This document shows positions 35,121 through 44,532 of a stretch of DNA of 64,000 nt, piece after piece (the first letter of the stretch is position 1; the number at the start of each line of letters is the position of its first letter). The notes under the pieces are model-generated. The model saw nothing but the letters and a program-made list of their open reading frames with translations. It was not told where the DNA came from and did no database searches. The translations under genes and the position numbers were made by a program. The stretch lies in assembly GCA_964446255.1 (NCBI GenBank), contig CAYUNX010000001.1, positions 9,729 to 73,728 on the forward strand, read 5' to 3'. The DNA comes from an uncultured Candidatus Saccharibacteria bacterium (GTDB taxonomy: Bacteria > Patescibacteriota > Saccharimonadia > Saccharimonadales > UBA4665).

Positions 35121-35702
35121 GTTCTGGTAACTTCCTTCTTCTCGGTAGTCTACTGAGGTAATTGCCGAGAATCCGGAATTAGCTGCGCCTCTTCAAAAAC
35201 CAATAACTTATTAAACTTTCTAGAACCTGAATGTCCGAATTGCTTCGGCCACCCCTTTTTCGCAGCCTTCTAGTACCCGCATAGTAGCACAGCTACATCT
35301 ATAAAGCAATGATACTTTTCAAATTTAGGGTCGTTGTAAAAAGGTTTTTCAGTGATGTATTTCACAGCGCATCCTCAGCTAAGTAGCTTATGCTAGTAGT
35401 CATGAGCGTTTGACCAATTTGCCGAAACGCCTGACGTAAAAACAAACTAATCGTAGAAAGGGGTTTACACCATGAAACGATTATCACTAAAAAGATTAAA
35501 TGTACTCTCGCAACCGATGCGCGTCTCCGAGATTACTAGCATCGATACTGAAGAATTTGAAGACAAGTGGCTACTTGAGGCCGAGAAGCTTAAAACAAAG
35601 CGAATCCGCGCCTGGCGTCAGCAACTCGCGTCATAAAGTTGTCCTAAGGCATAAAGAGCGTCAGATTACTGGCGCTCTTTTAATTGCAAAGTCTAACATC
35701 TT

Positions 35703-37145
35703 CTAGGCGCGAAATGCGCGCACCTGTTTGGAGAGCCCATCAAGATCGCCCGCTTTGAGCAAAGTAAAGCCATTTCTTTTGTGCTCTACGCGAGCTTCGA
35801 AGTCCTGGAAGCGCTTTGGTCGTTTGGGTGTATAACCGAGAGATTCTCGCATGGTGGCTTCAAATTTTAGAGGCATGGCTGTTGACATACAAACCAGAGG
35901 TACGCCCTCTAGGCTATTCGTAGTACTGAGTTTGAGTGCTACCGTGACAGCGTCTGCAGTATGCGGGTCTATGAGCATTCCCTGGCTGGCTGCCCATTTG
36001 ATAGCATGTAAACGATCTGAATGAGTTGAAGCTCCACTCTTAAACCCTTTATCGATAAGTATGCCGTTTGTAATACCAAATTGATTGAACGAAACCGAGC
36101 CATCTCGCTTGAGAGTTTCCATATAATTACGTAGCAATTGAGGATCTTTGCCAAATATATCATATGCAAGTCGTTCAAAATTTGACGCTCGAGTTATATC
36201 CATAGAGGGGCTTGATGTTTCGAACGCAGTCTTTGTTGGTGCGTAAACACCTGTTTGGATGAGTTGGTGTATAACGTTATTTTCATTGGTTGCAACAATT
36301 AAATTTCGTATTGGTAAGCCCATTTCACGTGCAATATAGCCGGCGAGAATGTTACCGAAGTTGCCTGTAGGTACTACGAAATCTACGAACTTGCCGACGT
36401 CATCTTGAACCGCTTCGTTGTAACCGTGCACATAATAAGCAACCTGTGCAGCCACACGACCCCAGTTTATCGAATTAACTGCACCAAGGTCGGCAAACTC
36501 GGGAATTTTCTTTAGCTCTTTTACCATGTCTTGGCAGTCATCGAAGCGGCCATCGACGCTAATATTTAAAATGTTGCCACCAGACAAGTCGGCCATTTGT
36601 GCTTTTTGGAAGGGGCTCATACCTTTCTCTGGACTCAGCATGATTAAGCTCACTCGATCCAAATCCTTCATGGCGGCCTCGGCTGCTGACCCGGTATCGC
36701 CAGATGTGGCGCCAAGCATCGTGAGCTTTTCGTCGCGAAGACTGAGCACATATTGCATGTGCTGTCCAAGCGGTTGCATTGCCATGTCTTTGAATGCTGC
36801 GGTTGGGCCCAGTGATAGTTGCTGTATTGCAATGGTCGGAGTTAACCATGTTACTGGGGTGATATTGCCATCAGTCGCATCGGGGAATTTGTCTGTGCTG
36901 AACGCTGCGGCTGCCATTTCTCGCTGAGTAGCTAGGGGGATGTCTCCGGCAATGAATTTTGAATTGATGTGCGCAAACACTTCTACGTAAGGTTTTCGAG
37001 ATAATTGTCTTAGCTCATTATGGCTAATATTCGGATAAGCGTTGGGGACATATAAGCCACCGTCTGGGGCAAGACCCTCTAATAATACCTCCGAGTAGGT
37101 TTTCTCCGTTTGTTCAAAGTCCCGAGTGCTCATATATCCAATCAT
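35703..37145 (-). CDS. thrC: Threonine synthase
   Basis: N-terminal STRD..GLAPDGGLYVP, PLP-lysine motif PTAAFKD, and SGDTGSAA. The start is ambiguous (37151 GTG, 37145 ATG or 37133 ATG). Confidence 0.85.
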   Translation of the reverse strand: MIGYMSTRDFEQTEKTYSEVLLEGLAPDGGLYVPNAYPNISHNELRQLSRKPYVEVFAHINSKFIAGDIPLATQREMAAAAFSTDKFPDATDGNITPVTWLTPTIAIQQLSLGPTAAFKDMAMQPLGQHMQYVLSLRDEKLTMLGATSGDTGSAAEAAMKDLDRVSLIMLSPEKGMSPFQKAQMADLSGGNILNISVDGRFDDCQDMVKELKKIPEFADLGAVNSINWGRVAAQVAYYVHGYNEAVQDDVGKFVDFVVPTGNFGNILAGYIAREMGLPIRNLIVATNENNVIHQLIQTGVYAPTKTAFETSSPSMDITRASNFERLAYDIFGKDPQLLRNYMETLKRDGSVSFNQFGITNGILIDKGFKSGASTHSDRLHAIKWAASQGMLIDPHTADAVTVALKLSTTNSLEGVPLVCMSTAMPLKFEATMRESLGYTPKRPKRFQDFEARVEHKRNGFTLLKAGDLDGLSKQVRAFRA

Positions 37146-37191
37146 CTGCACATAATTATAACAGCCCCGTTACGGGTGCAAGCATATGCGG

Positions 37192-37197
37192 TACAAT
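37192..37197 (+). promoter_or_regulatory. Candidate -10 box (TACAAT), leaderless start
   Basis: TACAAT-GGTGAGG-ATG, with the ATG at 37205. Confidence 0.4.
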
Positions 37198-37204
37198 GGT
37201 GAGG

Positions 37205-37873
37205 ATGAAACGTCCAAAAAGCATACTTCGCGACAAGCACATAAGTGTGCGGTTGTTATTTGCACTGACTGTATTTATTGGCGCTGTATTAGTGTTTGCA
37301 AGTTTGGCGTGGGATGTCCGCGAGCATGAAACCTTGGCTATCGACGAGGCGATACTCAATTGGGTGCATGGGTTGTCAGCACCCTGGCTCGATAGTCTAT
37401 GTGTGGTTGTCACGCAGCTTGGCGGACAGGTCTTTGTGCCGATTGTAACTGCACTGCTCGCAGGTTTTCTGTGGCTGAAACGCTATCGTAATCATGCCTT
37501 ATTACTCGCGGTGAGTGTCGGTGGTGCCTCGCTCATGAGTCTTGCGCTTAAAGTCTTTTTTGGTCGACTTCGACCGGATCTTTGGGAACATCTCGTTTTG
37601 GAAACTACGTTTTCTTTCCCGAGTGGCCATGCCATAGCAAGCACTGCGCTCGCTGCAAGTATTGTCGCAGCACTCTGGTTTACACGCTGGCGCGTGCAAG
37701 CAGTGTGGCTTGGTGTGCTCTACGTGCTCGTGATAGGGTTTACCCGGCTTTATTTGGGCGTGCACTACCCTTCTGACATTATCGCTGGCTGGCTCGTGGG
37801 TATCGGTTGGGTCGCCGCCGTATCGCTCATTTTTCTCAGTTCCCCGCTGAGTCTTAGGCGCGAAAATAAATAG
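37205..37873 (+). CDS. PAP2-family phosphatase
   Basis: KVFFGRLRPD, PSGH and TRLYLGVHYPSD tripartite acid-phosphatase motifs. Confidence 0.8.
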   Translation: MKRPKSILRDKHISVRLLFALTVFIGAVLVFASLAWDVREHETLAIDEAILNWVHGLSAPWLDSLCVVVTQLGGQVFVPIVTALLAGFLWLKRYRNHALLLAVSVGGASLMSLALKVFFGRLRPDLWEHLVLETTFSFPSGHAIASTALAASIVAALWFTRWRVQAVWLGVLYVLVIGFTRLYLGVHYPSDIIAGWLVGIGWVAAVSLIFLSSPLSLRRENK

Positions 37874-37940
37874 TTTGTTTCTGAGCGATGGGGGGGTTAT
37901 CTTACATGCACGTTTTCGCTATACTAGTAGATAGAACGAA

Positions 37941-39368
37941 ATGAATAGAGTCAGTCAACAAACATCGACAAAACATGTCGAAAAAATCGGACGAGAATTG
38001 TCGTCAAACATGCGTGCGCTACGTTTAACGTTGAAGTTATCGAGTGCGCTTCTTTCGCGTGGTGTCTCGGCTCGGAATGTCGTCATTACGGCGCTCGACA
38101 TCACTGAAACGTACTGTGCAAGACTGGTTCATATAGATATAAGCGCGCTGACAATAGTAGTAAGCCAAGACCGTGGGATTGACTATGAGCCAATTACACT
38201 CGTGCAAACAGTTATCGAAAAAGAACAAAATAATATGCTCGTCCAAGAGCTTGAGGAGCTCGCTCGAAAAATTGTCCAAGGCATGCCACTGCGAGACGCA
38301 GAGCAAAAATATGAACAAATCATCGAAAGCGAAAAAAAGTATCCTGCGTGGCTCAAAACTCTAGGAAATGCAGGGGTAGCAGCTGGTGTGACGTTGCTTT
38401 TTACAAGCTCACCTTTAATTGTAGCAATCACGTTTGTCATCGGGTGTATTATCGACAAACTCATACACATTCTTGAAAAACGTTTGACGCCACCATTTTT
38501 CATACAGGCAGCGGCGTCTGCGATGATTACACTGATTGCTATTAGCATCGCTAGTCTTGGTAGGAACGGCTTTGGCTTGTTCGCCGGCATAAACCCAACG
38601 CTCATTGTTGTCGGTGTGGTCGTTATGCTTGTGGCTGGTTTGACCATATATGCAACCGCTGAAGATGCTATAGACCAGTTTTACATAACGGCGAGCGCGC
38701 GGCTGGTGAAAACTTTCGTGATGACGGCAGGTATCGTGATGGGTATCATGATTGGGCTTGGGATAGCTCGTGCCCTGGGAGAGTCTATCGTTATTTCCCC
38801 AGACCCAATCCCGCTAAACAGTGATTTTCCGGTTATAATCGCAGGTGTCTCCGTTTCTCTTATTTCGGTGCTCGGTGCCATCATCACCTCAGCTGCATGG
38901 ACGATTTACACGCAGTCTTCTCGGGCGGCAATAATTTGGGCTGGACTCATTGGCGGGACTGGTTGGACGGTATATCTTATGGCTGCTTCTATTGGTGAAG
39001 CAACTGCCAACGGTCTAGGTGCAATCGCGGTTGGTTTTATCGCGGCGATAGTGGCTCGATTATGGAAAACACCGTCGATTGCAATTGTCGATGCAGCCGT
39101 GGTTCCGCTCGTGCCTGGCCTAGCCTTGTATAACGGGCTGATGCAATTTACTGGACCGAATATCTCGGCAAACGTCAATGAGGGTTCGGGGTACTTGCTG
39201 ACAGCCATTTCAGTCGCACTCGCAATCGCTGCCGGCGCAACGTTTGGTAGTTTTCTCGGGAGGCCGGTTCGTTCTCAGATACTTCGGGTACGCAAATTTA
39301 TCCCACAAGGTGTGTCGAAAGTCAGACAACTTCCTGTCCCGCTAGACAGTGTCCAAAAACTTCCATAA
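37941..39368 (+). CDS. Threonine/serine exporter (ThrE) family membrane protein
   Basis: 475 aa. Cytoplasmic N-terminal region followed by about 10 TM helices in two blocks. Adjacent to thrC. Confidence 0.6.
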   Translation: MNRVSQQTSTKHVEKIGRELSSNMRALRLTLKLSSALLSRGVSARNVVITALDITETYCARLVHIDISALTIVVSQDRGIDYEPITLVQTVIEKEQNNMLVQELEELARKIVQGMPLRDAEQKYEQIIESEKKYPAWLKTLGNAGVAAGVTLLFTSSPLIVAITFVIGCIIDKLIHILEKRLTPPFFIQAAASAMITLIAISIASLGRNGFGLFAGINPTLIVVGVVVMLVAGLTIYATAEDAIDQFYITASARLVKTFVMTAGIVMGIMIGLGIARALGESIVISPDPIPLNSDFPVIIAGVSVSLISVLGAIITSAAWTIYTQSSRAAIIWAGLIGGTGWTVYLMAASIGEATANGLGAIAVGFIAAIVARLWKTPSIAIVDAAVVPLVPGLALYNGLMQFTGPNISANVNEGSGYLLTAISVALAIAAGATFGSFLGRPVRSQILRVRKFIPQGVSKVRQLPVPLDSVQKLP

Positions 39369-39634
39369 AAGCGATTCGTTTAACGAATAAGACCTTAGTT
39401 AAGTCACGGAATTTATCGCATATGAGCATCGCACTCTTAAATTATTTCAAGCGAGCTAGACCAGGAGTATGCCTGAGTCCGGGTAAATAAACTACATTTT
39501 ATTTTCCAATTTCACAAACATTGACTAACGCTAAGAACAAACTAATTTGAAGTCCATTTTTAACTGTTGTTAATTTGATTAGTTTTTGTATTAATAATAA
39601 AAATCTATATAATGTCAAAATTGTGACATATAGT

Positions 39635-40903
39635 ATGCGTGAACAAATTGAAAGCGCTGCGGCTGGTTTTGACATTTACAGTGCAAGGAATCCTGACTAT
39701 GAGACTGGTCAGGCTATCCCTTTTAGGGTATCACCTAGTCCTCTTATTTTGTCTCAAAATCAACGCAATCAACTCGATAGAATAGGTGAAGACGTAACCT
39801 CTTATATGTTTGCCGTCGATCAACTTTATAGAGCGGACGAGCGGGTAAAAACTTTATTGGATACGGGCAAGCCAGATATTTTCAAAGAAACAACAACGCC
39901 AAGTAGCTCATATCTATTTATCAGACCAGATATAATCATGACTTCAGCAGGATTTTCGATTTGTGAAATTGAAACATCGCCATTTGGCCTAGCACTTGCC
40001 GAAATACTTAATCGAGGCTATCGTTCAAGCGGTTTTGAAACTTTAGTTAGCGACGATGTATTACTACGACATGTTGCGCAAAGTACAAGAAGTAGCGGCG
40101 ATATCGTATACAGCGCTAAGACCGCTAGCTATGCTGGGCAGCTGGGATTCCTGGCGGCTAATATTTTCTCAGGTCAAAATCGTAATTGGCAAGCAAAGTG
40201 TATTGAAGATAACAACACGGCAACAAATAGAGATATATACCGAGCATTCTATTTGTCAGAATACCTAATAGACGGCAAGGTAGGAGGTTTGCTTACATCG
40301 GTTCAAAAATCTCACATGAGCATATCACCGTCGTCAACCCCACATATGGAAGAAAAGGCATTGATGGCACTTATTTGGGATAAGCAATTTAAAGATTATT
40401 TCGTGAATGAACTTGGGTTGCCCTCAGTGTCCCATCTTAGAGAACTGATACCGCCAACTTGGGTTATTGGACGTGAAGCCGACTTTGAACCTGGCTTGCC
40501 TGGAAACATAACAAACTCTTTAGGGGTCGCTGCATTATCAACGTCGCGCAGAAAATATGTACTTAAACAATCGGGATTTCATTCACAGGCGTCATGGAGT
40601 GAGGGGGTTAAACTGCTTCACAAAATGTCGCGAGCGAAAGTCGAGGAAGCTTTAAAAAATGCAATAGACGATAAGGACTCGTTATATGTAATCCAAGAGT
40701 TTAAAAAAGCTACAGAAATACCTATGTTCTGGGATGATTCTGATGGTATTCGTAAGCTCATGAATGCACGCATTAGGTTAACACCTTATTATGGTATGGT
40801 TGGGGAGATGGTGGGTAAATTGATTGCCGCTAAGGCAACAGGATGCGAGAATACAGATTATATCCACGCAGGATCTGGTAGTATTAATACAGCCGTATGC
40901 TAA
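39635..40903 (+). CDS. ATP-grasp-like ligase (pre-ATP-grasp / glutathionylspermidine-synthase-like pattern)
   Basis: FIRPDIIMTSAGFSICEIETSPFG, VLKQSGFHSQASWSEGV, YVIQEFKK and RIRLTPYYG resemble ATP-grasp landmarks by eye. Start set at ATG 39635 rather than TTG 39575. Confidence 0.45.
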   Translation: MREQIESAAAGFDIYSARNPDYETGQAIPFRVSPSPLILSQNQRNQLDRIGEDVTSYMFAVDQLYRADERVKTLLDTGKPDIFKETTTPSSSYLFIRPDIIMTSAGFSICEIETSPFGLALAEILNRGYRSSGFETLVSDDVLLRHVAQSTRSSGDIVYSAKTASYAGQLGFLAANIFSGQNRNWQAKCIEDNNTATNRDIYRAFYLSEYLIDGKVGGLLTSVQKSHMSISPSSTPHMEEKALMALIWDKQFKDYFVNELGLPSVSHLRELIPPTWVIGREADFEPGLPGNITNSLGVAALSTSRRKYVLKQSGFHSQASWSEGVKLLHKMSRAKVEEALKNAIDDKDSLYVIQEFKKATEIPMFWDDSDGIRKLMNARIRLTPYYGMVGEMVGKLIAAKATGCENTDYIHAGSGSINTAVC

Positions 40904-40923
40904 AGTACGCTAGGAAACGAAAA

Positions 40924-41361
40924 ATGAGTATTTATATTTTAGACTGGAAACGAACGTTATATAACCCTGACACTACAGAGCTAATCGATGGTGCTGTCGA
41001 CCTACTTAAGCATTTGAGTCAACAGATTGATAGTAGCTTAATTCTTGTCGGTAAAGGATCTGATGAAATGCACAGCGAAGTCAAGCGACTTGGCGTTGAA
41101 GATTATTTTGAAGCTATTAGATTCCAAGAAGGTGATAAAGATTCGTCACTTTTTATTGACTTAGTAGATAAAAATAACCCTAAAAAATCGATTTTCATTG
41201 GTGACCGTGTTCGCTCTGAGCTTGCCATTGGTAACAGTTTAGGAGCAACAACAATATGGGTTAAACAGGGCAAATTTAGTGACGAACTGCCCATTAATCC
41301 AGTGTATGTACCAACCTACACCGTAAGATCGCTATATGAGATTTTAAATATTATTGTATAA
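40924..41361 (+). CDS. HAD-like protein with non-canonical motif I
   Basis: ILDWKRTLY replaces DxDxT (second Asp becomes Lys). GDRVRSE resembles motif IV. AGGAAA lies upstream of ATG 40924. Confidence 0.5.
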   Translation: MSIYILDWKRTLYNPDTTELIDGAVDLLKHLSQQIDSSLILVGKGSDEMHSEVKRLGVEDYFEAIRFQEGDKDSSLFIDLVDKNNPKKSIFIGDRVRSELAIGNSLGATTIWVKQGKFSDELPINPVYVPTYTVRSLYEILNIIV

Positions 41362-41369
41362 TACACTTA

Positions 41370-41750
41370 ATGTCTGAAACTGAATTCCCAAATGAAAAAT
41401 TTACATTCAAAAAGGATCGTTATTCAAAGGCACGTGGAGGTGCATCAAAGTTTCTTTTTGTGGCATGTGGTGCTTGCACTACTCCACTTTTTATTTATCA
41501 AAAAGATGGTCCTGGAGCATTGATTCGATATTATGCTGATCGTATCGTATGGCCGCCAGACCTAATTGATTATAGCCCCGATACTGCCAAAATAGGAGAG
41601 ATTGGTGCACTTGCCTGTGGATCGTGCGATAATTTAATAGCTGTTCCAATGATTTACAAGCCAGAAAATCGGCTTGCATTTCGTGCAATAACAGGCGCTG
41701 CGCACAACTTTAGGAGTGCAGCAAGGGCTGCTGCACGACTCGAGGAATAG
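41370..41750 (+). CDS. CxxC..CxxC zinc-ribbon-like hypothetical protein
   Basis: CGAC at the N-terminus and CGSC about 45 aa later. TATAAT-N7-ATG lies upstream. No family recognised. Confidence 0.45.
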   Translation: MSETEFPNEKFTFKKDRYSKARGGASKFLFVACGACTTPLFIYQKDGPGALIRYYADRIVWPPDLIDYSPDTAKIGEIGALACGSCDNLIAVPMIYKPENRLAFRAITGAAHNFRSAARAAARLEE

Positions 41751-41757
41751 TTGCAAG

Positions 41758-42396
41758 CTACGAAGTTAATTTTTTAATTGCATCGATTATAGAATTCGCG
41801 GATGTAGTTGGGTCACCATCCGAATTCACTATACTTAAATCAATAAAGGGGTGGGACATCCCGCATTCTGCTAAAGCTTCCAGTTCGGTTAAGCCCGTTG
41901 CGAGACGGTTGTTAGTGTTTCTGCCTGTCTGTTTAACTCGATCCATCCAGCTCTCGATTGAAGATGGATAAATATACACCCCTAGTAAGTTATAATCTGG
42001 TCGAATTAATGTTTGGACTCTTTGTAAGGGGTAGTCTAGGACAGGTACCTTATTTTGCGAAAGTGGCCCGAGTATACCTGATAGCGGAGTGCCATAGCGT
42101 ACACCATAGAGGTCATTCACCGCAACAAATTCCTTACGACGTTCATGATCTGCAAATTGATTTTCGCTCACACTTATCTTATCCGATTCATCAGGTCTAT
42201 TTTGACGAGTCATAAAGGGTTTTACGTAGTTAAAGTGTATAACTCCGTCACCAATTAACTTTTGTATTATCGTCGATTTCCCAACGGCTGAAGGCCCTAA
42301 TAATAGAATGAATAGGCTATTTCGCGCCAGCTTTCTTTGGGATAGATTTGCCGCTTCGGTTTCACGAAGTTTTATTGAAACACTAAATTCAGTCAC
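41758..42396 (-). CDS. Guanylate-kinase-fold nucleoside monophosphate kinase-like protein
   Basis: Walker A GPSAVGKST. MTRQNRPDESD resembles the TTRxPRxxE motif. 8-nt overlap with the upstream gene. Confidence 0.6.
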   Translation of the reverse strand: MTEFSVSIKLRETEAANLSQRKLARNSLFILLLGPSAVGKSTIIQKLIGDGVIHFNYVKPFMTRQNRPDESDKISVSENQFADHERRKEFVAVNDLYGVRYGTPLSGILGPLSQNKVPVLDYPLQRVQTLIRPDYNLLGVYIYPSSIESWMDRVKQTGRNTNNRLATGLTELEALAECGMSHPFIDLSIVNSDGDPTTSANSIIDAIKKLTS

Positions 42397-43285
42397 GAGA
42401 GTAAAGCTTAGCTTTATTGATACTGTCTTTTAATATTTTAATATGTTTCCGCATAGCTGCTTCAAGAGTCTCACCTTCATGCCGTTCAGGGTAAATTATA
42501 CTGCGTGATGCACTCACCATTAGACCGTATCCTTGGGAATCGAGGCACATGGGTATACTTGAATTAATATCTCCTCCTTGCGTCCCAATCCCAGCAAGAA
42601 CAATTGGTGTATCGCCAATTGTATTTCGTATACCTTTCAAATTCTCTTGGTGAGTTGCGCTGAGGACAGGTATGATGTTTTGGTTTTCGTTCCATTCATT
42701 TAGACTTTTTTCTAATATGAATCTCCAGAGTGGAACTCCACCTTTCATTTCAGCATTTTGGATTGTGTCCGCCGAACTATTAGATGTATTCACGCAGACC
42801 ATAATAAGTTTATCTTTCCATTTGGCAAAGGGGGCAATTGCATCCAAGCCAAGGTATGGGTTAAGCAATACCGCGTCAGCATCAAGCTCTCCGAAAACAA
42901 AATCGGCAATACGTTCAGCAGTATGACCTACCTCTCCAAATTTTCCATCACAAATTCGAAGAACGTTTGGTTGCGTGTCTTTAAGATATTGAAAAATATT
43001 TAATAATGCACGTTGACCAGAATCCCCCATAAAGTAATTTGAATTAATTTTGAAATCAACCGCATGGTCTGCAGTGGCATCAATAATACGTTGGCCAAAC
43101 AACGTAAAGCCATCAGCGATTTGTTGTTTGCCTCCGACTTCATCCCAAATCTCTTGAGGTATAAGTGCAGGGTTAGGGTCAATGCCGACGCCAGCCATAG
43201 AATCAATATCCAGCCATCGCTGGTGCAACTTTTCAATAATAGCATTACCCGAACTATAACTCTGATCAATTTTCCCTGTCTTCAT
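42389..43285 (-). CDS. Orotidine-5'-phosphate decarboxylase family protein (type-2-like)
   Basis: VDFKINSNYF, CDGKFGEVGHT (variant of DxKxxDIxxT) and LAGIGTQGGD (type-2 PyrF GIGAQGG motif). Confidence 0.6.
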   Translation of the reverse strand: MKTGKIDQSYSSGNAIIEKLHQRWLDIDSMAGVGIDPNPALIPQEIWDEVGGKQQIADGFTLFGQRIIDATADHAVDFKINSNYFMGDSGQRALLNIFQYLKDTQPNVLRICDGKFGEVGHTAERIADFVFGELDADAVLLNPYLGLDAIAPFAKWKDKLIMVCVNTSNSSADTIQNAEMKGGVPLWRFILEKSLNEWNENQNIIPVLSATHQENLKGIRNTIGDTPIVLAGIGTQGGDINSSIPMCLDSQGYGLMVSASRSIIYPERHEGETLEAAMRKHIKILKDSINKAKLYSRD

Positions 43286-43291
43286 CTCGAT

Positions 43292-44506
43292 TTACCCAAC
43301 TTGCTCATGGCTATTAAAATATATTTCTGGATATTTGTGCTTTGCGAGCACATGGTCGATCGAACCATTGGCACCTGTAGTACCAGTCTTTTTCCGTGTA
43401 ACATTGATACCTGCCTGTTCAATACCACTTATCTTCTTCTTATTATCTGTCTGTAGAGTTACGGATTCTACACCCAATGCCCCAAGGATGCGACCTGCTC
43501 CACCGTAAGTGCGGATATCAAATCGGGTACCTATTACTCGTAATGCAGCTTCAATTGTGTCAACGGCTGTTGGGTCGTGTAGATTTTTAACCACTGGAAT
43601 GCCTCGTTTATGACCCTCCGTTTCCATTTTAGTCGCCGCACCATACCCCCGGCCATCTTGTGCGGGTATATGAATAATTGCGCCATCTGCTTTGAGGATA
43701 ATATCTTCTAGTGCGGTGTGTAATTGCTCTCTACAATCACAACCTCTGTCATCAAATACTTGACCAATATCGCAGCCTGAGTCAACACGAACTAGCATGT
43801 TTTTTGTTGCCATTGTTCCGAGCGAATTCGGCGAGAAAATCTCATAATATTTCCAGGGGTCATCAGGAATGGTAACACCGTAAGAAAAAATCTCACCTCC
43901 GCGGAAAAAACTTTTTCTTGCGTGTAGAATCGTCATTCCATTTACTGCTATTGATGTTTCGTCCACTCTATTATTTTCACCGAGAGTCATGTATTTCTTG
44001 GGTTCTCGAAGCCCAAGCATAGAAACGACCTTCTCGTAATCAGTCGTTGAACGATGATTTGTCTGATCTGGTGATGCTACCTGAGGGTAGTAGGCCATGC
44101 CTTCATTGCACCTGCGTATAATTACTCTTTTACCGTTAGCTGATAACTCGTTATCTAAGGATATAAAATCTGGGTGGTTTGACTCTGTTAATTTAAAATC
44201 GGCCTCATTGATATCCAGGATAGTGACAGGTACCTTAGGGTTATGTATTAATTCCTCCGGTCGACCGTTTATGAACAAAGCTTGAAGATATGACGGGTAC
44301 GAGCCACTGGTGACCTCAACAGGACTCAACCATACATCGTTATCACCTGGTAGATCAAGTGGACCACCGTAAAAAACAGTTACATCGTCGTTTTGTAAGT
44401 ATATGAGCTGTTGAAGTGTTTCGTGGTAGCTAGCTTCAGTTAGCGGGGTGTTATTAGCATTGAATTGGTGTTGTTCATGCGTCCACTGGCTTGTAAGTAT
44501 TGACAT
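43292..44506 (-). CDS. GTP cyclohydrolase II-like enzyme with unrecognised N-terminal domain of about 220 aa
   Basis: VDSGCDIGQVF..RGCDCREQL has three Cys at the RibA zinc positions. QDGRGYG matches RibA QEGRGIG. Confidence 0.6.
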   Translation of the reverse strand: MSILTSQWTHEQHQFNANNTPLTEASYHETLQQLIYLQNDDVTVFYGGPLDLPGDNDVWLSPVEVTSGSYPSYLQALFINGRPEELIHNPKVPVTILDINEADFKLTESNHPDFISLDNELSANGKRVIIRRCNEGMAYYPQVASPDQTNHRSTTDYEKVVSMLGLREPKKYMTLGENNRVDETSIAVNGMTILHARKSFFRGGEIFSYGVTIPDDPWKYYEIFSPNSLGTMATKNMLVRVDSGCDIGQVFDDRGCDCREQLHTALEDIILKADGAIIHIPAQDGRGYGAATKMETEGHKRGIPVVKNLHDPTAVDTIEAALRVIGTRFDIRTYGGAGRILGALGVESVTLQTDNKKKISGIEQAGINVTRKKTGTTGANGSIDHVLAKHKYPEIYFNSHEQVG

Positions 44507-44532
44507 AGTAAGTAATTATAACAAATAATTGA

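Noticed and set aside
35472-35636. 54-aa basic ORF (MKRLSLKRLNVLSQP...) with a weak AAAGGGG upstream
   Set aside because: It is too short and without recognisable similarity. It could equally be part of the long upstream region of the RRM-protein gene. Not reported as a feature.
37160-37180. Hairpin CCCCG-TTA-CGGGG(T)G between thrC and the PAP2 gene as a terminator
   Set aside because: It lies upstream of both divergent genes, so it terminates nothing obvious. The stem is short and has no T-tract.
39575-39634. TTG-initiated 20-codon extension of the ATP-grasp-like ORF
   Set aside because: The region is AT-rich and promoter-like (TATAAT at 39608-39613). The extension encodes low-complexity residues, so ATG 39635 is preferred.
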